From a virus: DNA of 64,000 bases. The notes beneath the pieces were generated by a model. The model was not told the DNA's origin, did no database searches, and saw only the letters and a list, made by a program, of their open reading frames with translations. Position 1 is the stretch's first letter. Every line of letters starts with the position of its first letter. Below are positions 49,418 to 58,171 of this stretch, one piece after another. The DNA is taken from positions 1-64,000 of IMG/VR virus record IMGVR_UViG_3300042878_001826, one strand, 5' to 3'. Position numbers and translations under genes: made by a program.

Positions 49418-50200
49418 ATGGCAGATGAATACGTACCATACCAAGGAGGACTTACGATAGACGAGTTTATCGATAGTATAAACACTGAGCTTACAATAGG
49501 ATGTTCACTTCCAAGAACATTACCAGATGCTATGATCAGACAGATAGTAGAGAAAAGAGCTTTACCTTGGTTCTATAGATCCTACCAATACGCCGTTCAG
49601 AAGATGTACTTTCTTGTTAAAAAAGAAGCTTTCTTCTCTGAAGAGTTTACAAAATACAACTACGTACAGGTTCCATGTGAGATTCAATCTGTAATCTACT
49701 TATACGAAGTAAGAGGTGATAGTCTTTTTCAGTTAGGTATAAATACTCCTAACCTTTCTGTGAACTTAGGGGTTACTAACCAACCATACTTGTCTTCTTA
49801 TGTTACAACAATCGGGGAGTTAGGTATGTACAAAACTTTATTAGACAATATGTCTGACTTATTGAACCAATTGAACAAATATACTTTGAAGTATCAGTTC
49901 AACCAGTTGAACCATAGACTTCACATTTTAACAAATGTTAAATATGATGTGATTATGGAAGCTTATGCTAATATACCACAGGAAAATCTTTTCAATGACG
50001 ATTTGTTCTTCAAATATTGTGTTGGGTATGCAAAAACTGCATTAGGAAATATGGTTGGAAGATATGATTTTACTTTGCCCGGTGGTGTGAAGATAGCATC
50101 AGCAGACTTAATCTCACAAGGAAAAGAAGAAGTAAAAGAAGTTGAAGAAGAAGTAAAAGGACAATCAAACTCAGCATGGTTCTTTATGGTGAAGAAATGA
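49418..50200 (+). CDS. Neck/head-tail adaptor protein (T4 gp13-like)
   Basis: C-terminal K..LG...GRY..TLPGGV......GKEE..EVEEE pattern; late-type motif at 49389. Confidence 0.65.
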   Translation: MADEYVPYQGGLTIDEFIDSINTELTIGCSLPRTLPDAMIRQIVEKRALPWFYRSYQYAVQKMYFLVKKEAFFSEEFTKYNYVQVPCEIQSVIYLYEVRGDSLFQLGINTPNLSVNLGVTNQPYLSSYVTTIGELGMYKTLLDNMSDLLNQLNKYTLKYQFNQLNHRLHILTNVKYDVIMEAYANIPQENLFNDDLFFKYCVGYAKTALGNMVGRYDFTLPGGVKIASADLISQGKEEVKEVEEEVKGQSNSAWFFMVKK

Positions 50201-50293
50201 CTTAACCTATTAATAATCAATAAGTTAGTACGTCGTGCTTGGAATAGACAAGAGGTCCAGACTAAGTAGAGAAGAAATAAAAAACTTAATATC

Positions 50294-50956
50294 ATGAAAT
50301 ACTTAAAGAGATATAACGAAAATTTTAAAGGTTTTGCTAATGTTGATACTAGTCAAGAAGCTTTCAATAGATGTCAAAACTTATCAGAGGACGAATTATT
50401 AAAAATATTAAGAGAAAATTGTAAAAACTTTTCACTTAGTAATGACCTTTTATATAGAAATAAAGAATATTCTGGTGATTTTCAATTATTTAAACCATAT
50501 AAAAGAAGAGCAAACCCAGTAACTTTTCCAAAATTCTTTAATAGAATAGAAGACGATTCAAACTATCCCGTTAAAAGAAAGTTGTCTTTGATAGGTGGTA
50601 CGAATCCATCATTCATATCGGATTTGTTCCGGGATAAAATGGCAAGCAATATCAATAGCGATTCAGATTTTACAGTTTATATAGTTATACCATTTGATAA
50701 TTCTAAGATTGTTTTTTGTCCAGTTCCGGATTTATTATTTTTAGACGATAGAACAAAAGAAGAATATGTGAGTGGTGAGCCAGTTAGTGATAAAAACTTT
50801 GTGATGGTTGAATATACAAAAGACTTTAAAATTCCTGAGGAAGAGTTAAGTAAACTACCCGGTCATAAATCATCTCATTCGGGTTATGAGTTTTTTACAT
50901 CCAGTAATTGTTTACTAATTCATGAATCATATATAGATATTTTAAACCAAATTTAA
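50294..50956 (+). CDS. Putative virion internal protein
   Basis: MKYLKRYNE N-terminus. Confidence 0.55.
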   Translation: MKYLKRYNENFKGFANVDTSQEAFNRCQNLSEDELLKILRENCKNFSLSNDLLYRNKEYSGDFQLFKPYKRRANPVTFPKFFNRIEDDSNYPVKRKLSLIGGTNPSFISDLFRDKMASNINSDSDFTVYIVIPFDNSKIVFCPVPDLLFLDDRTKEEYVSGEPVSDKNFVMVEYTKDFKIPEEELSKLPGHKSSHSGYEFFTSSNCLLIHESYIDILNQI

Positions 50957-50962
50957 ATTAAT

Positions 50963-50986
50963 AAAACCAGTCAATTGACTGGTTTT
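50963..50986. terminator. Bidirectional terminator-like palindrome
   Basis: aaaaccagtcaattgactggtttt between convergent genes. Confidence 0.75.
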
Positions 50987-51222
50987 ATTATTTCATCTAT
51001 TCTCATTTCTCTCCATTCGTCTAATGTAACGAAGTAGTTCGAAGCAGGCATGTATCTTTGTCCTTGATCGTTCATCACATCGACTATACTCATTCTATCA
51101 GGACCAAACTGATCCATAAGAACCGTATACTGCTTTCCGTAAGTAAATGTTTCCCAATTCTTTGTGATACAGACAATGATGTCGTCTCTTTTTAAGAGTT
51201 TAGTAGAAGATGTATTTTTCAT
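50971..51222 (-). CDS. SH3-like phage protein with C-terminal tag
   Basis: IVCI..FTYGKQY.V..ND.G..YF; ends REMRIDEII. Confidence 0.65.
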   Translation of the reverse strand: MKNTSSTKLLKRDDIIVCITKNWETFTYGKQYTVLMDQFGPDRMSIVDVMNDQGQRYMPASNYFVTLDEWREMRIDEIIKPVN

Positions 51223-51514
51223 CCTCTTTGATACAATAGATTGAGATAGGATAGATTCTCAAATCGTCGTTGCTTTCGTCAATCATAAATCTCATAGTAC
51301 CATCTATAATCTCAGGGTTGATTATCTTAACCGTTGCGTTGTGTAGTCCTTTAAGAACGGTATAAGAAACTTCATCCATTTCTTCAGTAAGAACCATATA
51401 GTTTTCTTTTCCCTGGATCTTTCCAGCCAATCCTTCGATGAAGTAAGACTTCTCGATTATTCCTCTGAGTGCATCTGTTGCAGAACACTCTACTTTAATT
51501 TCATGCTTTACCAT
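51200..51514 (-). CDS. Hypothetical protein
   Basis: ORF track. Confidence 0.6.
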   Translation of the reverse strand: MVKHEIKVECSATDALRGIIEKSYFIEGLAGKIQGKENYMVLTEEMDEVSYTVLKGLHNATVKIINPEIIDGTMRFMIDESNDDLRIYPISIYCIKEDEKYIFY

Positions 51515-51562
51515 TTCAAATCTTTTTGTTTATAGTCTTTGTATTGGTAAAATAGGAAAAGT

Positions 51563-51772
51563 TTACCCGTGATAAATGATGTTTATCGATGTTATCTCAG
51601 TATCATCACTTGGATAGATTTCTTTGAAGAGCTCATATCCTTCGTGTAAAGAATAGTTGTCAAATCCTTTGTTTATCTTTTTGATGATTGGGATAAGAGA
51701 ATTTATCTGCGTGTGTGTCACCTCAATCTTTTCACGACTCTCTTCTGTGTCTATTACTAAAAAACCTCTCAT
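51563..51772 (-). CDS. Hypothetical protein
   Basis: ORF track. Confidence 0.55.
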   Translation of the reverse strand: MRGFLVIDTEESREKIEVTHTQINSLIPIIKKINKGFDNYSLHEGYELFKEIYPSDDTEITSINIIYHG

Positions 51773-51808
51773 ATAAGTTCTTATTTTTACTTATATATAA
51801 GTTTTTTC

Positions 51809-52186
51809 TTACACCAATAGATTTTTTATTTCTTCAGAACCATCAGGATTCGCTGAATGTATTACGTATTCTGGGAATTTAATTTTTCTTTCATTACAAT
51901 AACTTAGCAAAAACTTAGCACAGTCTAATCCAGTATAAACACGATTCTCGTCAAGATTAAACCATTCTTCAAATGGTAGACTTTCTTTAAGTTCTACAAC
52001 ATCTGCTAAGTCATAATCAAATGTTACCAAATCTGGAACACCATTATCTTCTATCCATTTTATGAATTGACCATATGAACGAACTATTTCCCATTCTTCA
52101 TGGAATATACGACAATCTGCCCTATGATACATATAAGTAGCACAATCTCTGGGAATACGCCAATCGTCTAAAAATAATCGTTTCAT
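51809..52186 (-). CDS. Cyclic-phosphate processing receiver-domain protein
   Basis: LFLDDWR.P, VRSY..F, TFDYDL, TG.DCAKFL, HSANP.G; TATGTTTG 4 nt upstream. Confidence 0.75.
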   Translation of the reverse strand: MKRLFLDDWRIPRDCATYMYHRADCRIFHEEWEIVRSYGQFIKWIEDNGVPDLVTFDYDLADVVELKESLPFEEWFNLDENRVYTGLDCAKFLLSYCNERKIKFPEYVIHSANPDGSEEIKNLLV

Positions 52187-52222
52187 AGTGCAAACATAAG
52201 GATAAATTTTAATATATATATT

Positions 52223-52311
52223 ATGATCCGACTTAGGACCGGAATAGTTAGAAGCCCCAACGGGTAAACTATTGAAACCACTGAATTCGCTCCTCAGTGG
52301 TTTCGTTTTTT
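52223..52311 (+). ncRNA. Candidate structured small RNA (unassigned family)
   Basis: GC-rich island with its own TAATATATA; stems aatagtt/aactatt and gaaaccactga/tcagtggtttc followed by a U-tract. Confidence 0.45.
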
Positions 52312-52375
52312 AATAAACTTTTTTTATTTAAACTTTAATAAAAATAATATATAAAACAAATAATAAAAAACAATT

Positions 52376-53341
52376 ATGGAAAATACAGAACATATTTTAA
52401 AAGAAAACCCGGGAAGATTTGTACTTTTCCCGCTTAAGTACCACGATATCTGGGAGATGTATAAGACTGCTGAGCATTCATTTTGGACGGCCGAAGAGAT
52501 TGACCTAGCACAAGACTTAACTGACTGGGATGAAAAGTTGAATGACGATGAAAGACACTACATCAAAAATGTCCTTGCTTTCTTCGCAGCATCTGATGGT
52601 ATCGTAAACGAAAACTTAGCAGAGAACTTTGTGAAAGAAGTTCAATATCCAGAAGCGAAAAGCTTTTATGGTTTTCAAATCGCAATGGAGAACGTACACT
52701 CTGAGACTTACTCTCTTTTGATTGATACTTATATCAAAGACGAAAAAGAAAAGGATCATTTGTTTAACGCAATCGATACGGTTCCTTCTGTAAAGAAGAA
52801 AGCTGATTGGGCTTTAAAATGGATCGATTCAGAATCATTTGCAGAACGTTTAGTAGCTTTTGCTGCAGTAGAAGGTATCTTCTTCTCAGGATCATTCTGT
52901 TCTATCTTCTGGTTAAAGAAAAGAGGTTTAATGCCTGGTTTAGCTTTCTCTAATGAGTTGATTTCAAGAGATGAAGGTTTGCATTGCGAGTTTGCTTGTT
53001 TGTTACACAACAAACACATCACAAACAAAGTAAGTCAAGAAAGAATCACAGAGATTATTACTGAAGCTGTTGAGATTGAAAAAGAGTTTGTAACAGATTC
53101 TTTACCTGTATCTCTTATTGGAATGAATGCAAAGTTGATGCAACAATATATTGAGTTCGTTGCTGACTATTGGTTAAGTGAACTTGGTTGTAAAAAATTC
53201 TATAACGCTGAAAATCCTTTCGACTTTATGGATATGCTTTCTTTACAAAACAAATCAAACTTCTTTGAGAAAAGAGTGTCTGAATATCAAAAAGCATCTG
53301 ACAAGAATATCGACTTCGATAACATGGACGATGACTTCTAA
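52376..53341 (+). CDS. nrdB: Ribonucleotide reductase class Ia beta subunit
   Basis: [52 protein letters not shown]. Confidence 0.97.
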   Translation: MENTEHILKENPGRFVLFPLKYHDIWEMYKTAEHSFWTAEEIDLAQDLTDWDEKLNDDERHYIKNVLAFFAASDGIVNENLAENFVKEVQYPEAKSFYGFQIAMENVHSETYSLLIDTYIKDEKEKDHLFNAIDTVPSVKKKADWALKWIDSESFAERLVAFAAVEGIFFSGSFCSIFWLKKRGLMPGLAFSNELISRDEGLHCEFACLLHNKHITNKVSQERITEIITEAVEIEKEFVTDSLPVSLIGMNAKLMQQYIEFVADYWLSELGCKKFYNAENPFDFMDMLSLQNKSNFFEKRVSEYQKASDKNIDFDNMDDDF

Positions 53342-53356
53342 ATATAAAGAAAATAT

Positions 53357-53390
53357 AAAATGCCTGCTTATATAAAGAGCAGGTATTTTT
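53357..53390 (+). terminator. Intrinsic terminator
   Basis: aaatgcctgct..agcaggtatttt. Confidence 0.65.
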
Positions 53391-53442
53391 GTTTAAACAT
53401 ATTATGTTGTTTTTAATATAATATAAAAAATAATAAATGTAA

Positions 53443-54753
53443 ATGACAGAAAAAGTAAACGAACGTGTGAGCTACAAAGTTAAAGACATCTCTCTTGCAG
53501 AATTTGGAAGAAAAGAGATTAGACTTGCAGAGGCGGAGATGCCAGGATTGATGGCAATACGTAAAGAATACGAAGAAAAACTTCCTTTAAAAGGAGCTAG
53601 AATCGCAGGATGTCTACATATGACTATCCAAACTGCAGTTCTGATTGAAACTCTTGTAGAATTAGGTGCAGAAGTATCTTGGAGTTCTTGTAATATTTTC
53701 TCTACACAAGATCACGCTGCGGCAGCAATCGCAGAAGCTGGAGTTCCAGTATATGCTTGGAAAGGAATGAATGAAGAAGAGTTTGATTGGTGTATCGAAC
53801 AAACAATCAACGCATTCGAAGGTGGTAAATACCTTAATATGATTTTAGATGACGGTGGTGATTTAACAAACTTAGTTTTTGACAAATATCCACATTTAGC
53901 AGAAGATATTAAAGGTTTATCTGAAGAAACTACAACAGGAGTTCACAGACTTTATGAAAGAATGAAAAACGGAACTCTTTTATTACCAGCAATCAATGTA
54001 AACGATTCTGTTACTAAATCTAAGTTTGACAACAAATACGGATGTAAAGAATCTTTAGTAGACTCTATTCGTAGAGCAACTGACGTTATGATGGCAGGTA
54101 AAGTTTCTGTTGTATGTGGATATGGTGATGTAGGAAAAGGTTCGGCGGCTTCTTTACAAGGTGCAGGTGCAAGAGTTATTGTTACTGAGATTGATCCTAT
54201 TTGTGCTTTACAAGCAGCAATGGATGGATTTGAAGTAAAAAAACTTGACAATGTAATCCATTTAGCAGACATCGTAGTTACTGCAACAGGAAACAAAGAC
54301 ATTATTAAAGGTAGACACTTTCTTGCGATGAAAGATAAGACTATCGTTTGTAATATTGGACACTTTGACAATGAGATTGATATGACTTGGTTAAATAAAA
54401 GCTATTCTAAGATTGAAGTTAAACCACAAGTTGATATCTATGATGTAGAAGGAAAAGACGTTATCGTATTGGCAGAAGGAAGACTTGTGAACTTAGGTTG
54501 TGCTACAGGACATCCATCATTCGTAATGTCAAACTCTTTCACAAACCAAGTTCTTGCACAGTTAGAACTTTGGAATAACTCTGATAAATATGAGAATAAA
54601 GTTTATACTTTACCTAAACATTTAGATGAGAAAGTAGCCAGACTTCACTTAGAGAAGATTGGTGTAGAATTAGATGAACTTTCTAAAGAACAGGCTGATT
54701 ATATTGGTGTTGCAGTAGAAGGACCATACAAAAACGACGAATACAGATACTAA
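53443..54753 (+). CDS. ahcY: S-adenosylhomocysteine hydrolase
   Basis: [49 protein letters not shown]. Confidence 0.98.
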   Translation: MTEKVNERVSYKVKDISLAEFGRKEIRLAEAEMPGLMAIRKEYEEKLPLKGARIAGCLHMTIQTAVLIETLVELGAEVSWSSCNIFSTQDHAAAAIAEAGVPVYAWKGMNEEEFDWCIEQTINAFEGGKYLNMILDDGGDLTNLVFDKYPHLAEDIKGLSEETTTGVHRLYERMKNGTLLLPAINVNDSVTKSKFDNKYGCKESLVDSIRRATDVMMAGKVSVVCGYGDVGKGSAASLQGAGARVIVTEIDPICALQAAMDGFEVKKLDNVIHLADIVVTATGNKDIIKGRHFLAMKDKTIVCNIGHFDNEIDMTWLNKSYSKIEVKPQVDIYDVEGKDVIVLAEGRLVNLGCATGHPSFVMSNSFTNQVLAQLELWNNSDKYENKVYTLPKHLDEKVARLHLEKIGVELDELSKEQADYIGVAVEGPYKNDEYRY

Positions 54754-54754
54754 G

Positions 54755-55600
54755 ATGAACGTTCTTTCTTTATTTGATGGTATGTCTTGTGGACACATTG
54801 CTTTAGAAAAGCTTGGTATTGAAGTTGATCAATACTTTGCATCTGAGATAGAAGAAGCTTCTATTAAAGTAACTATGACAAACTATCCAAATACTATTCA
54901 AATAGGAGACGTTACTAAAGTGAATGGAAAAGATCTTCCAAAAATCGACTTGTTGATTGGAGGAAGTCCTTGTCAATCACTATCCAATGCTGGAAATGGC
55001 TCTGGTTTTGACGGTAAGAGTGGGTTGTTCTATGAATGGGTAAGACTTTTGAAAGAATGCCAACCAAAATACTTTATGCTTGAGAATGTAAAGATGAAGA
55101 AAGAATGGCAGGCGGTTATTACTGATATCTTAGGTGTAGAACCAATTCTTATCAATAGTAATCTTTTTTCCGCTCAGAATCGTCAGAGACTTTATTGGAC
55201 TAATATTCCAATGAATACTTTACCTGATGATAAAGAGATTTACATCGAAGACATATTAGAAAGTGGATTTGATAAAAAGTATTGGTTACCTGAAAAGAAC
55301 GCTGGATTGCTGAGCAAGAAAGTTGATATAACTGGTGCACCCGATATCTGTTGTATAGATGTTTACAACAAACGATATAAGAAGGATAGAAAAAGTCCTA
55401 CTTTAACACATCCTTGTCATAACTCTTTAAGACTTTTACAAGATGGTAAGTTCAGAAAGCTAACGCCCATTGAATGTGAGCGACTTCAAACTGTTCCGGA
55501 TGGATACACTAAAGGAGTTTCAGACACACATCGATATGCGATGCTTGGAAACGGCTGGACTGTAGATGTTATAGCACACATATTTAAAAACCTCGTTTAA
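54755..55600 (+). CDS. DNA cytosine-5 methyltransferase
   Basis: LSLFDG, GGSPCQ, ENV, QNRQRLYW, ERLQ, GNGW. Confidence 0.93.
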   Translation: MNVLSLFDGMSCGHIALEKLGIEVDQYFASEIEEASIKVTMTNYPNTIQIGDVTKVNGKDLPKIDLLIGGSPCQSLSNAGNGSGFDGKSGLFYEWVRLLKECQPKYFMLENVKMKKEWQAVITDILGVEPILINSNLFSAQNRQRLYWTNIPMNTLPDDKEIYIEDILESGFDKKYWLPEKNAGLLSKKVDITGAPDICCIDVYNKRYKKDRKSPTLTHPCHNSLRLLQDGKFRKLTPIECERLQTVPDGYTKGVSDTHRYAMLGNGWTVDVIAHIFKNLV

Positions 55601-55613
55601 GACGAGGTTTTTT
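55586..55613 (+). terminator. Intrinsic terminator
   Basis: aaaaacctcgt-ttaag-acgaggttttt. Confidence 0.8.
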
Positions 55614-55639
55614 TGTTTTTATAAAATAATATATAACGT

Positions 55640-55930
55640 ATGAAGATATTAAGATTTGAAGAGTTTGAAATAAACGAATCTCTACCTAATAAGAAAACGG
55701 TAAATCAGTTGAAAAAGGTTATGAAGCAGTCTGCTAAAACAGATATTGGAAATCGTATTTCGGACATGAACAAACAGGGAGCAAACCTACACTATATGCA
55801 AAATCCTATCGAGACTGGCATTGAATCGAAAGAAGACTATGACGAACACAACAAGAAATTCGTTTCTTCTTGGAACCTAAAAGGTATGTTAGGACCATTC
55901 AAAGGAGAAGACAATAAACAAAACAAATAA
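55640..55930 (+). CDS. Putative small virion internal protein
   Basis: MKILRFEEFEINE; TAATATATA 4 nt upstream. Confidence 0.6.
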   Translation: MKILRFEEFEINESLPNKKTVNQLKKVMKQSAKTDIGNRISDMNKQGANLHYMQNPIETGIESKEDYDEHNKKFVSSWNLKGMLGPFKGEDNKQNK

Positions 55931-55940
55931 ATATTTAAAA

Positions 55941-56702
55941 GTGATTTATTTAGAAAAATATTTGGATTTTATGAGTAAAGGAATATTAATACCTATTGGT
56001 GGGGCCGAAAGTAAAGGATCTAAAGTAGATATAGATAATAGTATTCTATCAGAAGTTATAAAAGTTTCTAAATTTGGAACGGATTCAAATATTATAATAA
56101 TTCCAACCGCATCATCTTATCAAAATGAAATAGATTCTGAATATAGAACTACTTTTGAAAGATTTGGATGTAAAAATATAAAAACATTATTCATATCATC
56201 AAAAGATGAAGTAGATTCTGCTGATAATTTGGATCTATTAAACAATTCAAATATTTTAATGTTTTCAGGTGGTAATCAATCAAAAATAAGTGAATGTTTT
56301 TTAGGTACTAAATTTTTAGAATGTTTAAAAAATAAATTTAACTCAGAACACTTTGTTTTGGTGGGTACATCAGCAGGAGCAATGTGTATGTCAGAAAACA
56401 TGATAACTGGCGGTGATAAAAATGTTAAATGTGGAATAGGTCTTTCTTTAATACCCGAATTTATAATTGATAGTCACTTTATCGAAAGAGATAGACTCGG
56501 TAGACTAGTTGAGGCAATTTCTATTTATCCAAATAGAATTGGTGTTGGTTTGGCAGAAGATACAGCAATCATAATAAAGAATGGTAAATTTAGGGTTATA
56601 GGATCTGGCAATGTTACCGTTTTCGATTCCAATGATTTGAAAAATGATTTAGAGTTTAGCGTTTTATCGTCAGGTGATACATTTAATATTAAAAATATAT
56701 AA
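55941..56702 (+). CDS. cphB: Cyanophycinase (peptidase S51)
   Basis: IPIGGAE, IPTAS, FSGGNQ, GTSAGA, IDSHF.ERDRLGRL, GLAEDT. Confidence 0.85.
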   Translation: MIYLEKYLDFMSKGILIPIGGAESKGSKVDIDNSILSEVIKVSKFGTDSNIIIIPTASSYQNEIDSEYRTTFERFGCKNIKTLFISSKDEVDSADNLDLLNNSNILMFSGGNQSKISECFLGTKFLECLKNKFNSEHFVLVGTSAGAMCMSENMITGGDKNVKCGIGLSLIPEFIIDSHFIERDRLGRLVEAISIYPNRIGVGLAEDTAIIIKNGKFRVIGSGNVTVFDSNDLKNDLEFSVLSSGDTFNIKNI

Positions 56703-56707
56703 ATAAT

Positions 56708-57592
56708 ATGAAATATCTAAGCAAATACGAAAGTTTTTTAAATATCATAAAAGAGGCGGTATCCAATAGAAAGTTGATTCTTCTATCAGGACCTAGTGCT
56801 TCCGGAAAGTCATATCTGGCGGAAAAAACTTTAGGTGCAAAAAATTGGTACGAAGGAGATACTTCTGTAGCTTTGATTGGAACCGACAACTTTGGTGGTG
56901 AATCGAAGAAGACATTTCCAATGTTCTCAAAGTTGTTGAAGGAATTTGGTTGTCCGGAACTGGCTAAGTTTAAAGGAGACTGGTATTGGCTTATAGAGCT
57001 TTACAAAGATGACTACAAGAAATGGCAAGAAGTTGCATCAGATGAAGAGAAGAAGAAATACGAAGAACTAAAAAGAAAGCTTCCTTTTGAGAAGTCACAA
57101 GACGAAAGTAAAAACTTTCCACACTACGGAAAGGATGGTAGGATTTGTGGAATGGCTTGGACAGCACACCTGTTACCAGAATCAGTAACCACCATTATAT
57201 TCGACGACATATCAACAGGAATAGAAAACTATTTCAAAGTGCAAGACATTCTTGCTTTCACTCCATTGGATTGGATGATGAAGAACATCAAGTCTAGGGA
57301 AATCAATGTGAACGAAGAAGGAACTACCTTATATCAATATTGTGATTGGTTTATGGCAACAGACAAACCAGACTTAGATAATAAGATGTATACCGCAGAA
57401 ATACTGACTGAGCTTTTAACAGAAGCAGGTCATGACAATCCAAAAGAAATACTAATCAGATTAGGAGTAAAAGGAGAGTTAGAGAATGAATTTTATATAA
57501 CAACAAAACCAGGAGTTAAACCTGAAATTATTGTAAACACAAGAGACAAATCTACAGGAAGAGCAATCGGAATAGATGACTTATCGATATAA
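56708..57592 (+). CDS. P-loop kinase-like protein, putative virion internal
   Basis: MKYLSKYESFL N-terminus; GPSASGKS; IIFDD. Confidence 0.65.
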   Translation: MKYLSKYESFLNIIKEAVSNRKLILLSGPSASGKSYLAEKTLGAKNWYEGDTSVALIGTDNFGGESKKTFPMFSKLLKEFGCPELAKFKGDWYWLIELYKDDYKKWQEVASDEEKKKYEELKRKLPFEKSQDESKNFPHYGKDGRICGMAWTAHLLPESVTTIIFDDISTGIENYFKVQDILAFTPLDWMMKNIKSREINVNEEGTTLYQYCDWFMATDKPDLDNKMYTAEILTELLTEAGHDNPKEILIRLGVKGELENEFYITTKPGVKPEIIVNTRDKSTGRAIGIDDLSI

Positions 57593-57610
57593 AAAATTAA
57601 TATATAAACT

Positions 57611-57898
57611 ATGAAATATTTAAAAACATTTGAAGGCTACAACGATAAGAGTTTAGCAAGAGAGATTGCAGAAGACTTACTTCCACAACTACAAAAGATT
57701 AGAGACGAAAAAGGAATCTTTACCGTAAGTATGTTCGACAACTTCATGGAAGAAAGAAAAGGAGATATGAAATTGACTGACGAAGTTATTTCAGAACTTG
57801 TTGATTTAGGATTCCAATTCGACTATGATGATTCAGAAGACGAATATGACAGAGATCCTTTTGAAGGATACCCAGGAATGGAATACAGCTTAAACTAA
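57611..57898 (+). CDS. Putative small virion internal protein
   Basis: MKYLKTFE; TAATATATA 4 nt upstream. Confidence 0.6.
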   Translation: MKYLKTFEGYNDKSLAREIAEDLLPQLQKIRDEKGIFTVSMFDNFMEERKGDMKLTDEVISELVDLGFQFDYDDSEDEYDRDPFEGYPGMEYSLN

Positions 57899-57902
57899 AT
57901 AA

Positions 57903-57928
57903 AAAAGAGACTCAACTGAGTCTCTTTT
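57903..57928. terminator. Bidirectional intrinsic terminator
   Basis: aaaagagactca-ac-tgagtctctttt. Confidence 0.85.
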
Positions 57929-57929
57929 G

Positions 57930-58100
57930 TTATTTTAAAACCATATATTTTACACCATCAACAATCTTAACGACATATTTACCAGTGTCTTTTTTCTCGA
58001 CTTTTTTAGTAGCACGCTTAGACGCAGTTGCACCTTTAACACTTTTTTCAGCCTCACCAAATTTGTTTTTTAAAACTTCCCTCATTGAATATCTTTCCAT
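57930..58100 (-). CDS. 56-aa basic protein (not in ORF track)
   Basis: Manual translation MERYSMREVLKNKFGEAEKSVKGATASKRATKKVEKKDTGKYVVKIVDGVKYMVLK; TATCTTTG at 58126-58133. Confidence 0.6.
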   Translation of the reverse strand: MERYSMREVLKNKFGEAEKSVKGATASKRATKKVEKKDTGKYVVKIVDGVKYMVLK

Positions 58101-58171
58101 AGCTTTTCGTTTTTAGATTGTCTTACAAAGATAAGAATCTTTTTGAATGTGGTCACTATAATATATAGAAT

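Noticed and set aside
52223-52311. Cobalamin or SAM riboswitch upstream of nrdB/ahcY
   Set aside because: Lacks recognisable B12-box or SAM-I core motifs; kept only as an unassigned RNA candidate
52376-53341. Intron or intein in nrdB (also checked topoisomerase genes)
   Set aside because: ORFs are continuous and of normal length
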